Source: a virus (taxonomy: Duplodnaviria > Caudoviricetes). Taken from it: a stretch of 54,704 nucleotides of DNA. Numbering within the stretch: the first letter of the stretch is position 1; each line of letters begins with the position of its first letter. Where the stretch lies: positions 1-54,704 of the IMG/VR virus record IMGVR_UViG_3300034349_000034; one strand, given 5' to 3'. The notes below the pieces were generated by a model. The model had not been told where the DNA came from. It was given only the letters and a program-made list of their open reading frames with translations, and made no database searches. The position numbers and the translations under genes were made by a program. This document shows positions 18,877 to 28,421 of the stretch, one piece after another.

Positions 18877-19088
18877 GCTGCTGCGCTCCTCCTCTGGTTG
18901 CAGATCTTCAGGGCCCTGGACAGCTCGCTGTAGCAGTTATCCAGGCCACGGCCCCCGAGGCCGGGGGTGCGGGGGGTGGTGAGCTGCGCGTGCCCGCAGG
19001 GGCAACGCCAGATCGCGTGGTTGGACTTGCGGACCAGGGTGAACCCGGCCCCCTCGAACCGCTTGAACAGTTCCCTATGGGCGCGCAT
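18873..19088 (-). CDS. HicA-like toxin-fold protein
   Basis: 71 aa; GFTLVRKSNHAIWRCPCG...TTPRTP; coupled to the ERF stop codon. Confidence 0.6.
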   Translation of the reverse strand: MRAHRELFKRFEGAGFTLVRKSNHAIWRCPCGHAQLTTPRTPGLGGRGLDNCYSELSRALKICNQRRSAAA

Positions 19089-19975
19089 CACTCGGCCTGC
19101 GGGTCGGGCGTGTCCGCCTTGGCCTGCTCGACTGCGGCGTGCGCGGCCAGCTCCCGGGCCGTGTGGATGGCCTCCTCCAAGCTTTCCGTCGCCGACACCG
19201 GTACCTTCGTCAGGCCCCGGTCGACGGCGATGGCCCGCACCGCCTCGATGTCCTGGAGGGTGCTGCTGGCGCGGAGCGCTTCGGTGGCGAGCCGGACCGC
19301 GAGGGTAGCCGTCGCTGTCTTGCACTCCGATCCGTTTTCCACCTCGCGGTTGTGCAGGGCCTTGCTTGCCATCCAGTCGTAGCCCTTGACGGCCCGCTCC
19401 AGGTCGGGGTCGCTGGCAATCTTCGCCTGGTAGTTGGCGATCTCGGCGTCCGTCCAGGAGGTTTTCGCCGGGGCGGGTTCGGCCGGGGGGGCGGAGACGG
19501 GCCGGTTCTGGGCCGGGCGGGACGGGGTGGCGCTGTCCCAGCTTTCCCGGGCCCGGGTCTGCGCCTGCTGGCCGTCGTCGTCTTCGCCGCCGGGGTAGGC
19601 ACCGGTGAGCGCAAGGGTGAGGTAGCGGCGGCCGTAGGTCATGGCCGACCCGATGTCTTGCGGCCCGGCCCGGCGAGGGTCAGGCATCGGCCAAAACGCC
19701 GACTCCCGCTCGCCGCTCTCGTGCAGCAGCGACACCTCCAACGAGAGGTTGCCGTCGGTCAGCGCCGTCTTGGAGGTGACCGAGAGGCCGTGCTTGCCGA
19801 GTACCGGCAGGACCGTCTCGACGACCTGGGCGAGGTCGGCGTACCCGTACGACCGGTCGTAGGACCGACCGTCCTTGGTCTCGCCTTTGACTTTGGCCTT
19901 CTCGTCCTTGGTGAGCTTCGGAAGCTCGGTCTGGAACGCGGCGAGTGCCGCTGCCAGGGTTTTATGCTCTGCCAT
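19088..19975 (-). CDS. erf: ERF-family ssDNA-annealing protein
   Basis: YGYADLAQV...PVLGKHGL, LLHESGE, PQDIGSAMTYGRRY.LAL.G..EDDDG. Confidence 0.9.
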   Translation of the reverse strand: MAEHKTLAAALAAFQTELPKLTKDEKAKVKGETKDGRSYDRSYGYADLAQVVETVLPVLGKHGLSVTSKTALTDGNLSLEVSLLHESGERESAFWPMPDPRRAGPQDIGSAMTYGRRYLTLALTGAYPGGEDDDGQQAQTRARESWDSATPSRPAQNRPVSAPPAEPAPAKTSWTDAEIANYQAKIASDPDLERAVKGYDWMASKALHNREVENGSECKTATATLAVRLATEALRASSTLQDIEAVRAIAVDRGLTKVPVSATESLEEAIHTARELAAHAAVEQAKADTPDPQAE

Positions 19976-19995
19976 GCGTGTCCTCCTCGATCGAA

Positions 19996-20035
19996 CTGTC
20001 TACGCACAGCATACATGACGGGGGCAAGCCGTCAA
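19996..20035 (-). promoter_or_regulatory. Promoter for the erf operon
   Basis: TTGACG-N16-TATGCT followed by GT-GCGT-AGACAG, then RBS GAGGAGG. Confidence 0.65.
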
Positions 20036-20676
20036 ACACATGACCCGTTCGGATAGTCGGCCACGTGCTCCGCAAGGTCACCCGAGTCGGCTCCGCAGAG
20101 GTCGCACTTTCCCGCCCGGGGGTTGCACATCTGGCAGTCCCACTTGAACCCACGGCCGCTCTTCTCGTGCCGGTCGCACCCACGCCGCTTCGCGGCCGGG
20201 TGCGCGTGGGCATACAGCGGGTTGGGCTGGGCGTCCCGGGTGCGCACGTATGCCCGCTGCTCCCGCTCCCACGCCACCCGGCGGGGGTGCAGCGCCTCTC
20301 GGGAGCCTTCCGGCAGGATCGCCCGAATCCGGGTGACCAGGTCCAGCACCTCGGACGGCAGATCCTCGGCCCGCACCGGCCCGGAGATCTCCGGCACCGC
20401 CTGATCCTTCGGAACCCCGGCCTGACCCGGGGCCCACCCGGTCGCCGACGCCAGGGCCTCCCGCTCCCGGACGATGTCCCGGACATAGCGCCGGATGTGC
20501 GCGGGCATCAGCCAGTCGGTCTGCTCCGCGTAGTGCCGCCGGATGGCCTCCTCGGCGTCCGCCAGGGCCACATCGGTCAGGACGCTGCGCCAGGCCACCA
20601 CGTCGGCCTCCCCGACGGTGCGCCGGTCGAAGGACTGCACCAAGGCCAGAGCGCGGGCGGTTTCGTTCAGGTTCAT
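20032..20676 (-). CDS. Helicase loader/inhibitor-like protein with C-terminal Cys clusters
   Basis: DRRTVGEADVVAW..VL......A..A...HY.....WLMPAHI; ATGA-coupled to the initiator gene. Confidence 0.6.
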   Translation of the reverse strand: MNLNETARALALVQSFDRRTVGEADVVAWRSVLTDVALADAEEAIRRHYAEQTDWLMPAHIRRYVRDIVREREALASATGWAPGQAGVPKDQAVPEISGPVRAEDLPSEVLDLVTRIRAILPEGSREALHPRRVAWEREQRAYVRTRDAQPNPLYAHAHPAAKRRGCDRHEKSGRGFKWDCQMCNPRAGKCDLCGADSGDLAEHVADYPNGSCV

Positions 20677-21464
20677 GACTCCTCCATCTGACGGAACTTC
20701 TCGGCCATGGCCAGGGTCTCCATGACCTTCGTGTTGGTGGTGCTGCCGGTCTTGTAGGCCGGGCCGGAGGCGGGCACCAGGGAGTTGCCGGGGCGACGCC
20801 CGGCCCGTTCGGCGGCCGTGCGCATCCAGTTGCGCCACGTCGCAGGCCAGTCCACCTTGCGACCCCGCACGCCGGGCACCCCGGACCAGTAGTCGACGAA
20901 CTTGGCGTGTTCGGTCCGGCCGTCGATGACGGTCGCCAACTTCTCATCGGCGAACCATGCCCGCATCTTGTCGTCGGGCATGAAGTCGTCGGGAATCCGC
21001 GTCGCCGTCATCGATGAGCGCGCAGCGCGGCCCTTCAAAGGGGACGCTTCAGAACTAGATGCTTCCTTAATAGGAAGTCCCTCCACCTCGGAGAGGGTCC
21101 CTCCCTCTACCTCGGAGAGGGGCCCCTCCACCTCGGAGAGGGTCGCCCCCCTCACGTCGGCGTAGTCCTCGGCGTCCGGTGCGGGCGTCTCAGCGCCGTC
21201 GACCAGCACCTGGTAGCGGTTGGAAATCCGCTTGCCGGTGCGGTCGTACCGGTCATAGACGCGCACCAGTCCGGCGTCGATCAGGCGGCCGACGGCCTTG
21301 CGCACGCCAGCCTCGCTGAGGTCGGTCTCTGAGGCGATGAGCCGGGTGCGCAGGTAACAGGAGTGGTCCTGTCCGGCATGGTCGGCGAGGACGCGCAGCA
21401 CGGAACGGGAGGCACAGTTGCCGGTCTTCTGCTTGCGGACCCAGAGGAGAGTTTCAAACGCCAT
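20673..21464 (-). CDS. Replication initiator (N-terminal winged HTH)
   Basis: VLRVLADHA....Y.....IASETDLSEAGVRKAV..L...GLV..SNRY; C-terminal F.DYW....KVDWPATWRNW; internal repeats. Confidence 0.8.
   Translation of the reverse strand: MAFETLLWVRKQKTGNCASRSVLRVLADHAGQDHSCYLRTRLIASETDLSEAGVRKAVGRLIDAGLVRVYDRYDRTGKRISNRYQVLVDGAETPAPDAEDYADVRGATLSEVEGPLSEVEGGTLSEVEGLPIKEASSSEASPLKGRAARSSMTATRIPDDFMPDDKMRAWFADEKLATVIDGRTEHAKFVDYWSGVPGVRGRKVDWPATWRNWMRTAAERAGRRPGNSLVPASGPAYKTGSTTNTKVMETLAMAEKFRQMEES
21079..21142. repeat. Three 19-bp iteron-like direct repeats (putative origin)
   Basis: CCCTCYACCTCGGAGAGGG at 21079, 21103 and 21124, inside the initiator gene and next to an AT-richer patch (21050-21078). 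Confidence 0.75.
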
Positions 21465-21610
21465 TTCGGTGCCACTTTCAGATGGGGCACCCCTCCGGAG
21501 TTGCCGGGCCTGTATGGCGTCGGTAGACTCGGGGGTGCTGTTGGGATACAGCGAGCAGGTAAGGGCTTCTCCAGCGCCTCGGGTTTCCGGCCCGGGGCGC
21601 TGTTTGCTGT

Positions 21611-21928
21611 CTAGCGGAAGTGCGGAGTCTCGCACTCGGCTGCCTGCTGCGCGGTCGGGTGGTCGCACCAGAGCCGTCCGGTCGGCTGGACGAACTTCGT
21701 CTTGATCGTCGAAACCCACCAGAGGGGGACGCCCTTGATCTCGGGGAAGTCGACGGGCGGCAGGAGGTCACGCTGCTGCCACTGCTGGGGGGTGAAGCGT
21801 TCGACGTGCATGTGCCGAGCGATACCGGCCAGGTCAACGATCTGCACGCCGGGTACACCGGCGAGCTGACGGAGCTGCTCGATCTCCTGCTGGGCCTCCT
21901 GCCAGAGCTGCTTGTAGCTGGTTGCCAT
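21611..21928 (-). CDS. HTH DNA-binding protein (AlpA/Xis-like)
   Basis: IVDLAGIARHMHV...TPQQWQQR..LPP.D......PLWW..TI. Confidence 0.6.
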   Translation of the reverse strand: MATSYKQLWQEAQQEIEQLRQLAGVPGVQIVDLAGIARHMHVERFTPQQWQQRDLLPPVDFPEIKGVPLWWVSTIKTKFVQPTGRLWCDHPTAQQAAECETPHFR

Positions 21929-22023
21929 ATCTGTCCTCACCGATGCTGGGGGTGTGCGTCAGTCACGAGCTTACGGGATTCTTGGGCGGGAAGCGAAGAT
22001 CCGATCGGATCGTATAGAGCGAG

Positions 22024-22052
22024 TTGACAGAGCAGGTCAAGAAGTGCATGAT
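22024..22052 (+). promoter_or_regulatory. Sigma70/HrdB-type promoter
   Basis: TTGACA-N17-CATGAT at the head of the rightward operon. Confidence 0.6.
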
Positions 22053-22089
22053 GGTGCCGACCAAGACGTCCGGACCGAGAGGCACCGAC

Positions 22090-22494
22090 ATGCTGACCCC
22101 GATGCTCCAGGCCCTGCCGATCGCTGTACCGATCGCTCTCGCCGCGATCGCCGTTGGCGGCTATGCCGCACAGCGGTACGTCGACCACATGCCCTTCCTG
22201 CCGGTCTGGGCCACCCGGCGGCCCACCGCCGCCCGGCACCGCATGACCCCCGCCGCCGCCGCCGACCCGGCCCGCCGAGACTCGGCTGCCGTCGCCGCCG
22301 AACGGCTCAATGGCTTCCCGCTCCCGGCCGCCGCCGCCGAACCGGAGCAGCCCAAAACGGTCTATGGCCTCCTGGACCCTGAGGTGCCGCTGGCCGAGGT
22401 GGAGGAATACCTCCGGAACATCGGGATCAGCGACTGGTACCAGCCGCTGATCGACTTCGAGGGCCCGACGCGCGAGATGGCAGTGCTCCAGTGA
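22090..22494 (+). CDS. Hypothetical membrane-anchored protein
   Basis: RBS GAGAGG; N-terminal hydrophobic helix. Confidence 0.55.
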   Translation: MLTPMLQALPIAVPIALAAIAVGGYAAQRYVDHMPFLPVWATRRPTAARHRMTPAAAADPARRDSAAVAAERLNGFPLPAAAAEPEQPKTVYGLLDPEVPLAEVEEYLRNIGISDWYQPLIDFEGPTREMAVLQ

Positions 22495-23387
22495 CCATCA
22501 CCCTGGAACGCACAATCGACATCGAAGCCGTACGCACCGTCGCCGTCCGGCACAGCTACGGCTCCCTGCGACCCCTCGCCAACGACCTGCGCGACAGCGG
22601 CCTGCGCCACCCGGTCATGCTCTGGAGAGACAACACCCTCATCTCCGGTAGCCGACGACACCGGGCGCACCTGCTCCTCGGGGCCCGCCACATCCAGGCT
22701 GTCTTCGTCGACACCATCGAGGACGCCGCCAAGCTGCTCCTCGCCGACAGCGAAGACGACCATCTGGCCCTGCCGATGAAGCCTTCCGAGACGGCCCGCT
22801 TCTGGGAGGTGCTGCGCCGCCTCGACGCCCCGGCCGCCGCCGTCCGCGCCCATGAGGCCCGGCAGCGGGGCATCGAGTTGCGCCGCCAGACGATGGACGG
22901 TAAGCGCAAGCCAGGCCGGGTCCGCAACCCTTCCGAGGACTACGTGCTGTCCCTCGTCGCCCCGGCGTTTGGCCTGTCCGAATCCACCGCCCGCCGCCTC
23001 TGGTCCATCCACTCCCACGCGTTCGGCCTAGTCGACACGACGGACGAGAAGAGCGAGCAGGCCCGGCAGGCGCTCAAAGACATCGACGCTGGCGAGAGCA
23101 CCATCTCCGCCAACCACATTCGGTTGCTGGCCGGTGCCGCCGCCCCTACCCCTGCGTCCCGGCTGCGCCGAGCCGGGCCGGACCCGGCTCCCGCCGCCCG
23201 TCAGCGGGTCGCATGGAGCAAGTCTCTGCCGCAGATGGAGGGGCTGGTGGCCGGGCTCGCCGAGCTGGGGCCACCCAACGCCGATCTGACCTGGGAGCAG
23301 GTCGAACCGGTTTACACCCGGCTCGCGGTAATTCGCCGTGAGCTGGAAAAGATGATCAAGCAGATGCGGGAGACCAACAAGCCATGA
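22491..23387 (+). CDS. ParB N-terminal-domain protein
   Basis: LANDLRDSGLRHPV....LISGSRRHRA (GxRR) and a later HTH-like VAPAFGLSESTARR. Confidence 0.75.
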   Translation: MTITLERTIDIEAVRTVAVRHSYGSLRPLANDLRDSGLRHPVMLWRDNTLISGSRRHRAHLLLGARHIQAVFVDTIEDAAKLLLADSEDDHLALPMKPSETARFWEVLRRLDAPAAAVRAHEARQRGIELRRQTMDGKRKPGRVRNPSEDYVLSLVAPAFGLSESTARRLWSIHSHAFGLVDTTDEKSEQARQALKDIDAGESTISANHIRLLAGAAAPTPASRLRRAGPDPAPAARQRVAWSKSLPQMEGLVAGLAELGPPNADLTWEQVEPVYTRLAVIRRELEKMIKQMRETNKP

Positions 23388-24169
23388 CCCCGAACACCAG
23401 CCGCGTGTCGTACGAGATGGCCGAAGTCAAGGTCGGGGACCTCTGGGTCGACCCGAACGTGCAGCGCAGCCTCCAGAAGGCCCGGGTCGAGAAGATGGCG
23501 GGCAACTTCCGGGCCGACGCCCTCGGCGTCCTGACCACCTCCTACCGGTCGGCGAAGCGCGAGCACATCATCGACGGCCAGCACCGGTACCGCGCCGCCG
23601 AAGCCGCCGGGTACGCGGGCGTTATCCAGGTCCAGCGGTACAAGGGCCTGACCATCCCCGAAGAGGCAGCCCTGTTCCGCCTGCTCAACGCCTCCCAGAA
23701 GGTCAGCCGGATCGACCAGTTCCTGATCGCCTGCGTCGAACAGGATGCCAACGCCGTGCGGCTCGCTGGCTTCCTGGCCGCGCACGGCTGGTCCATCGGC
23801 CCGTCCGCCCTAGAAGGCCGCCTGTCCGCCATCGGCAGTCTGGAGCGGGTCTACGCCCTCAATGCGTCGGCCGCCGATGCCGCCCTGGCCGTCCTGACCG
23901 CCGCGTACGGGCACCGCCCGGCCGCCGTGCAGGGCTCCCTCATCGAGGGCCTGGGCCGGATGCTCGCCAAGTACGCGGACTACAACGTCGACCTGAACGA
24001 CCTCGCGAAGCGGTTGGCTGGGGTTCCCGGCGGCCCGGACGGACTGGTCGGCAACGCCCGGGGCCAGCAGCTCACCCGCACGGGCAATCTGTCGCACCAG
24101 GTCGCCCGGGTCATCACCGGCCTCTACAACCAGCGCCGCCGCACCAGCGCACTCCCCGAGTGGCAGTGA
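23384..24169 (+). CDS. ParB/Srx-fold protein (DGQHR; DUF6551-like)
   Basis: VDPNVQR.L, IIDGQHRYRAA, GLTIPEEAALF..LN. Confidence 0.75.
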   Translation: MTPNTSRVSYEMAEVKVGDLWVDPNVQRSLQKARVEKMAGNFRADALGVLTTSYRSAKREHIIDGQHRYRAAEAAGYAGVIQVQRYKGLTIPEEAALFRLLNASQKVSRIDQFLIACVEQDANAVRLAGFLAAHGWSIGPSALEGRLSAIGSLERVYALNASAADAALAVLTAAYGHRPAAVQGSLIEGLGRMLAKYADYNVDLNDLAKRLAGVPGGPDGLVGNARGQQLTRTGNLSHQVARVITGLYNQRRRTSALPEWQ

Positions 24170-24223
24170 CGGCCGCTCTCGACCGCGAGCCCGCCACTCC
24201 TCACGGAGCGGCGGGCTTCGCCC

Positions 24224-24580
24224 ATGCCTAGGCAGTTCGGCAAACGTGACGAGTCGGTCGGCTGGGCCCGCTGCGAGAAGTGCGGCCACCGGCACCGCCC
24301 GGCCAGTGACTGCCCCCGCGCGCCCTCCACCGGCGTGGTCTGGCTGGTCCGTCCCATGCCCGACGGGCAGTGGCCAGTAGACCAGCGGCTGCCCCGTGAC
24401 GACTCGTTCTCGTGGTGGGTGCGGTCCGCGTGTGGCCACCTCGGCGGGCAGAAGCAATGGGCGTTTTACCGCGAGGCCGACGCCCGCCAGTACGAGTGGA
24501 TTTTCCGGGACAACCCCTGTCACTACACCCGCTGCAACAACCGCATCATGATCGAAAACGACGGGAGAAGACGTGGATGA
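24224..24580 (+). CDS. Hypothetical Cys/His-rich protein
   Basis: CEKCGHRH....C; in operon. Confidence 0.55.
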   Translation: MPRQFGKRDESVGWARCEKCGHRHRPASDCPRAPSTGVVWLVRPMPDGQWPVDQRLPRDDSFSWWVRSACGHLGGQKQWAFYREADARQYEWIFRDNPCHYTRCNNRIMIENDGRRRG

Positions 24581-24902
24581 CCTCGGCGAATGGTTCCGGC
24601 GCAACGCCATGCCCCGCCCCATGGCCCGCGCCCTGCTGGTCGGCGGCCCCTTCGACGGCCATGAAGCCGTCCTCGTGCCACCCGACACGGCAGCCCCGGC
24701 CCAGATCGTGTGGTCCGGCTGGTCCCGGCACGGCTTCACGGCCTGGCTGTACGAGTGGCACGGCGAACGGCGCGGCGAAGCCCTGGACCTGATCTACCGG
24801 CCGACCGGCCGCCAGCTCACCCCCGGCGAGATCCCACCGACGATCGCCGATGCCGCCGACCTGTGGGCGGCCAGCGTCGCACTGCTGCGGCCCGTGCTGT
24901 GA
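24573..24902 (+). CDS. Hypothetical protein
   Basis: LVGGPFDG motif common in small phage proteins. Confidence 0.6.
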   Translation: MDDLGEWFRRNAMPRPMARALLVGGPFDGHEAVLVPPDTAAPAQIVWSGWSRHGFTAWLYEWHGERRGEALDLIYRPTGRQLTPGEIPPTIADAADLWAASVALLRPVL

Positions 24903-25105
24903 CCATCCGAGACCACCGGCCCTGCGGGGTGTGCGCTGCCCTGGCGCCCGCCGACACCGGGTGCAAGCACTGGAAGCCGAAGACGTCGGTAACCTCTCGC
25001 GCCAACCCGCGCGTGCCCCGAGCCCAGCAGGGGGCGAAGGAAAAGGCCGCCCGGGACAACGCCCGCGCCGCCGTAGAGCAGTTCCTGGCGGTCAAGAAAC
25101 CATAA
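24899..25105 (+). CDS. Hypothetical protein (CxxC..CxH)
   Basis: GTGA-coupled start at 24899. Confidence 0.5.
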   Translation: MTIRDHRPCGVCAALAPADTGCKHWKPKTSVTSRANPRVPRAQQGAKEKAARDNARAAVEQFLAVKKP

Positions 25106-25118
25106 GAGGTGCCCTGAG

Positions 25119-25316
25119 ATGACTAAGCACGTGTTCGCCGTTGAACGTGCCGCCGCCCGCCTTAATGCCGCCGTCCGTCTCGAACGGGCCCGCCAACACG
25201 TACGCGAATGCGAGCGCTACGGCTTCCGCGTCACCAACCAGCTATTCGCCGAGCTGCAAGCCGCCGAGAAGGCATACGAATCAGCCACCAGGGCGGACAG
25301 GATCTGGCTCACGTAG
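25119..25316 (+). CDS. Hypothetical protein
   Basis: RBS GAGG; helical. Confidence 0.55.
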   Translation: MTKHVFAVERAAARLNAAVRLERARQHVRECERYGFRVTNQLFAELQAAEKAYESATRADRIWLT

Positions 25317-25339
25317 GCTGGCTCCCGTAGGAGGAGCCC

Positions 25340-26074
25340 ATGTCACGCCGCAACCGTAAGAGCAACGACCACACCCGATCGCCCGAAGTCCTCGACGCTT
25401 TGAAGCGCCGGGAGCTGGAGCTGGACCCTGCCATCGAGGCGTGGGAGAAGCAGGCCATCGAGACGCCCCGCAATCACGGGCTGTTCATGATGTACCGCGA
25501 CATGGGCCGTATCCGCACCGTCGCGCAGCTCGCCACCATGACCCCGCTCGGATACGCCACCGTGGCCCGCATCGCCCGCTTCAACAAGTGGGTGGCGCGG
25601 GCCGCGCTGTGGGATGCCGAGCAGGACCGCCTCATGTCCATCCGGTTGCAGAACGACCGGGAGGACATGGCCCGCCGCCACTCGCAGGCTGCCCGCAAGC
25701 TGATGGAGAAGGCCCTCGCCCGGCTGGCCACCCTCGACGTCAACTCGATCAGCCCTCACGCCCTGGTGCTGATGCTGGACACCGCCGCCCGGATCGAACG
25801 CGCCGCGCTGGGCCTGGAGACCCTGAACAAGGGTGCACAGTCCACGCAGACGTCCGTTACGGTGGCCGCGAGCACGCAGACCGACGCCGCCGGGAAGCCT
25901 GAAGTTCGGGTTGAGGTCGGTGTGCAGCACGACAACATCATGCGCACCCTCGACCAGATGGTGCAGCGCATGAGCCCGGAGCAGCTTGCTGCCGGGTACC
26001 AGGAGTTGACCGCGAGCGCGGAGGAGGCGACTCGCGAACTGAACGCCGCCCTTCCGACACCTCCTCCGTCGTGA
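25340..26074 (+). CDS. terS: Terminase small subunit (putative)
   Basis: WEKQ..ET.....F..YRDMG..RT, W..RA..WD motifs; directly upstream of TerL. Confidence 0.7.
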   Translation: MSRRNRKSNDHTRSPEVLDALKRRELELDPAIEAWEKQAIETPRNHGLFMMYRDMGRIRTVAQLATMTPLGYATVARIARFNKWVARAALWDAEQDRLMSIRLQNDREDMARRHSQAARKLMEKALARLATLDVNSISPHALVLMLDTAARIERAALGLETLNKGAQSTQTSVTVAASTQTDAAGKPEVRVEVGVQHDNIMRTLDQMVQRMSPEQLAAGYQELTASAEEATRELNAALPTPPPS

Positions 26075-26162
26075 GGGCTGGCGCGGCCGGAGGGTGCCCG
26101 CGCGCCGGGCGGAAGCCGGGCATCCTCCGGGCACCGCGTACATCTACACGTAGTTTTCGATC

Positions 26163-27623
26163 ATGAGCCTTTCCGCCGCGCAGAAGCTCGCCCTGCTCCC
26201 GCCCGAGTTGCGCACCGCATGGCTCAAAGAGCAGTCCCGCGAAACCCTGGACGAGATCCAGAAGGGTGCCTGGTGGTGGGTTGGGCGGCCGGAGCAGTTC
26301 CGGCCGCCCGGCGACTGGCTCGTCTGGCTGATCCGCTCCGGCCGAGGCTGGGGCAAAACCCGCACCGGCGCTGAAGACCTCCTCGACCGCCTGTTCCGGC
26401 ACCCGGTCGACGCGTTCGGCCAGCGCACGGAATGGCTCGTCATCGCGGAAACCCTCAACGACTGCCGTACCGCCTGCATCGAGGGTAATTCCGGCCTGCT
26501 CACCGTGCTCCGCCGGATGGGCATGGAGAAGGGCCGCGACTTCGAGTACCGCAAGAGCCCGAAGCTGATGATCGAATTCAAGTCGGGCCAGATCATCTAC
26601 TTCGAAGGTGCCGACAACGATGACGTCGGCCGTGGCTACAACGCCGCCGGGGCCTGGCTGGACGAGCTGGCGAAGTGGCGCTACACGTGGAACGCCTGGT
26701 TCGAGGGCATCCTGCCGTCCCTGCGCGCCCCGCTGATCAATGACCGGCCCCGCGCCGTGGTGACGACCACCCCGAAGCCGATCAAGCTGCTGATCAAGTG
26801 GCAGCACGAGACGGACGGCACGGTCGTCATCACGACCGGCTCGATCTTCGACAACATCATGAACCTGTCCCGGTCGGTCGTCGAAGAGCTGAAGAAGATC
26901 TACGAGGGCACCCGCGCCGGTCTCCAGGAGCTGTACGGCCTGCTCCTCGAAGAGATCGAGGGCGCGCTGTGGACCCGGCCCATGATCGAAAACAACCGCA
27001 TCAAGGCCGCTGACCTGCCCGAACTGAAGACCGTTATCATCACGATGGACCCCGGCGCGACCGGAGCGGGCGACGAAACCGGCCTGCTCGCCGTCGGCCG
27101 CGACTACCGGGACAACGACTACGTCCTGGCCGACTGGTCGAAGAAGATCGTCGGGCACGCCGCCGCCCGCCGGGCCTGGGAGATGTTCCTCCGCTACGGC
27201 GCGACTTGGCTGATCATCGAGACGAACATGGGCAAGAAGTGGCTCATGCAGGTCGTCACCGATGCGTACGCCGAGATGCAGAAGGAGCACGCGCCCGGCT
27301 GCACCGAGGAGGACTGCGGCGGCTGCCTGTTCCCGCAAGGCCCGCCCCCGGTCAAAGAGGTCACCTCCTTGGCCGGGAAGAAATTGCGCGCCGAGCCGGT
27401 CGCGTCCCGCTACGAGCAGAACCGCTGGCACCACGTCGGCACGTTCGTCGAGCTGGAGGACCAGATGTGCACGTGGGTGCCCGAGGAGTCGTCGAAGAGC
27501 CCCGACCGGATCGACGCCCTCGTGCAGGGCGGCCTGTTCCTGATGGGCAAGGAGCACCGCCTGGTCCGGGTGGTCGCCCCGTCGGTGAACGACTGGATGC
27601 CCGCCAGTAGCCCGTACGGATAG
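26163..27623 (+). CDS. terL: Terminase large subunit
   Basis: Walker A SGRGWGKT, Walker B AWLDE, TTTP motif III, nuclease MDPG..DETG, K..RAEPV, SPDRIDA. Confidence 0.95.
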   Translation: MSLSAAQKLALLPPELRTAWLKEQSRETLDEIQKGAWWWVGRPEQFRPPGDWLVWLIRSGRGWGKTRTGAEDLLDRLFRHPVDAFGQRTEWLVIAETLNDCRTACIEGNSGLLTVLRRMGMEKGRDFEYRKSPKLMIEFKSGQIIYFEGADNDDVGRGYNAAGAWLDELAKWRYTWNAWFEGILPSLRAPLINDRPRAVVTTTPKPIKLLIKWQHETDGTVVITTGSIFDNIMNLSRSVVEELKKIYEGTRAGLQELYGLLLEEIEGALWTRPMIENNRIKAADLPELKTVIITMDPGATGAGDETGLLAVGRDYRDNDYVLADWSKKIVGHAAARRAWEMFLRYGATWLIIETNMGKKWLMQVVTDAYAEMQKEHAPGCTEEDCGGCLFPQGPPPVKEVTSLAGKKLRAEPVASRYEQNRWHHVGTFVELEDQMCTWVPEESSKSPDRIDALVQGGLFLMGKEHRLVRVVAPSVNDWMPASSPYG

Positions 27624-27766
27624 GATCGGCGGGCATCGGCCACCGACTTGCCGTCGGCGGATCGTTCGGGATAGAGCGCGGCAGTGCCGCGAAACTCAAA
27701 GACGCCCCGGCTACCCCTCCCCCCGGGGCCCGGGGCGTTCCCAACTTCCGATCATGGGCCCCTTCC

Positions 27767-27786
27767 TGTATGCTGTGGACAGACAG
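27767..27786 (+). promoter_or_regulatory. Repeated promoter-like motif TGTATGCTGT-N4-AGACAG
   Basis: Exact match upstream of the RBS of ORF 27807. Confidence 0.6.
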
Positions 27787-27806
27787 TCAATCAAGGGAGG
27801 CACCAC

Positions 27807-28004
27807 GTGGCCGAGAAGTCCAAGCACCTCGGAGTTGAGTCCGGTAAGTCCAGCACCCGCTATTTCGGCAACACCGACAAGGCTGCCAAGGCTCGCGACG
27901 TCCGGACCCCCGCAACCGGCAGCGACCGGCCCGCAACCGGCGACGGCCGCACCGTCAACCGGCAGATCCTCGGCAAGATCGCCGCGATCTTCAAGAAGGC
28001 ATGA
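27807..28004 (+). CDS. Hypothetical protein
   Basis: GTG start after GGGAGG. Confidence 0.55.
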   Translation: MAEKSKHLGVESGKSSTRYFGNTDKAAKARDVRTPATGSDRPATGDGRTVNRQILGKIAAIFKKA

Positions 28005-28027
28005 GCCGCAAGGAACGCGCGTAGCAG

Positions 28028-28066
28028 CAGAGAGGCCCGGCCCCGAGGGGGAGCCGGGCCTCTCTG
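28028..28066. terminator. Terminator hairpin between convergent genes
   Basis: CAGAGAGGCCCGGC / GCCGGGCCTCTCTG, 14 bp. Confidence 0.8.
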
Positions 28067-28068
28067 TG

Positions 28069-28320
28069 TCAGCGGCGACCGCGCCGGGCCCGTCGGAGAC
28101 GCTTCAGCCGGGCCGCGCGCACTTCGGCCAGGGTGTCGATGAGGGTGGAGATCTCCCGGCTGTCCAGCATGTCGAAGGTGGCGATGGTGGCGACGCGCTC
28201 CGCGTAGGGCAGCTCGGTCCGGCACAGCCCGGTGGCGTAGGCGACCTGCGCCGTGGTCGGCTTCTGCCGCCACGAGTTGATCACAGGAGGCTCGAACGTG
28301 TCCTTCTCCAGCGTCTCCAT
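28069..28320 (-). CDS. Hypothetical protein
   Basis: RBS GAGAGG; WRQKPTTAQVAYA..SREISTLID; TTGACA upstream at 28390. Confidence 0.6.
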   Translation of the reverse strand: METLEKDTFEPPVINSWRQKPTTAQVAYATGLCRTELPYAERVATIATFDMLDSREISTLIDTLAEVRAARLKRLRRARRGRR

Positions 28321-28421
28321 CGCGCGTCCTCTCGCGTGCTCATCAGTCGGTCGTCTCCACCAAGCGTGAACGAAGATCGATAGATGTCAAGCATTAATCT
28401 ACGGGAGCTGTCCATTACGGG

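Noticed and set aside
21079-21142. Mini CRISPR array
   Set aside because: Repeats are separated by only 2-5 bp and lie in frame within the initiator gene; iterons fit better. No CRISPR array or cas gene was seen elsewhere.
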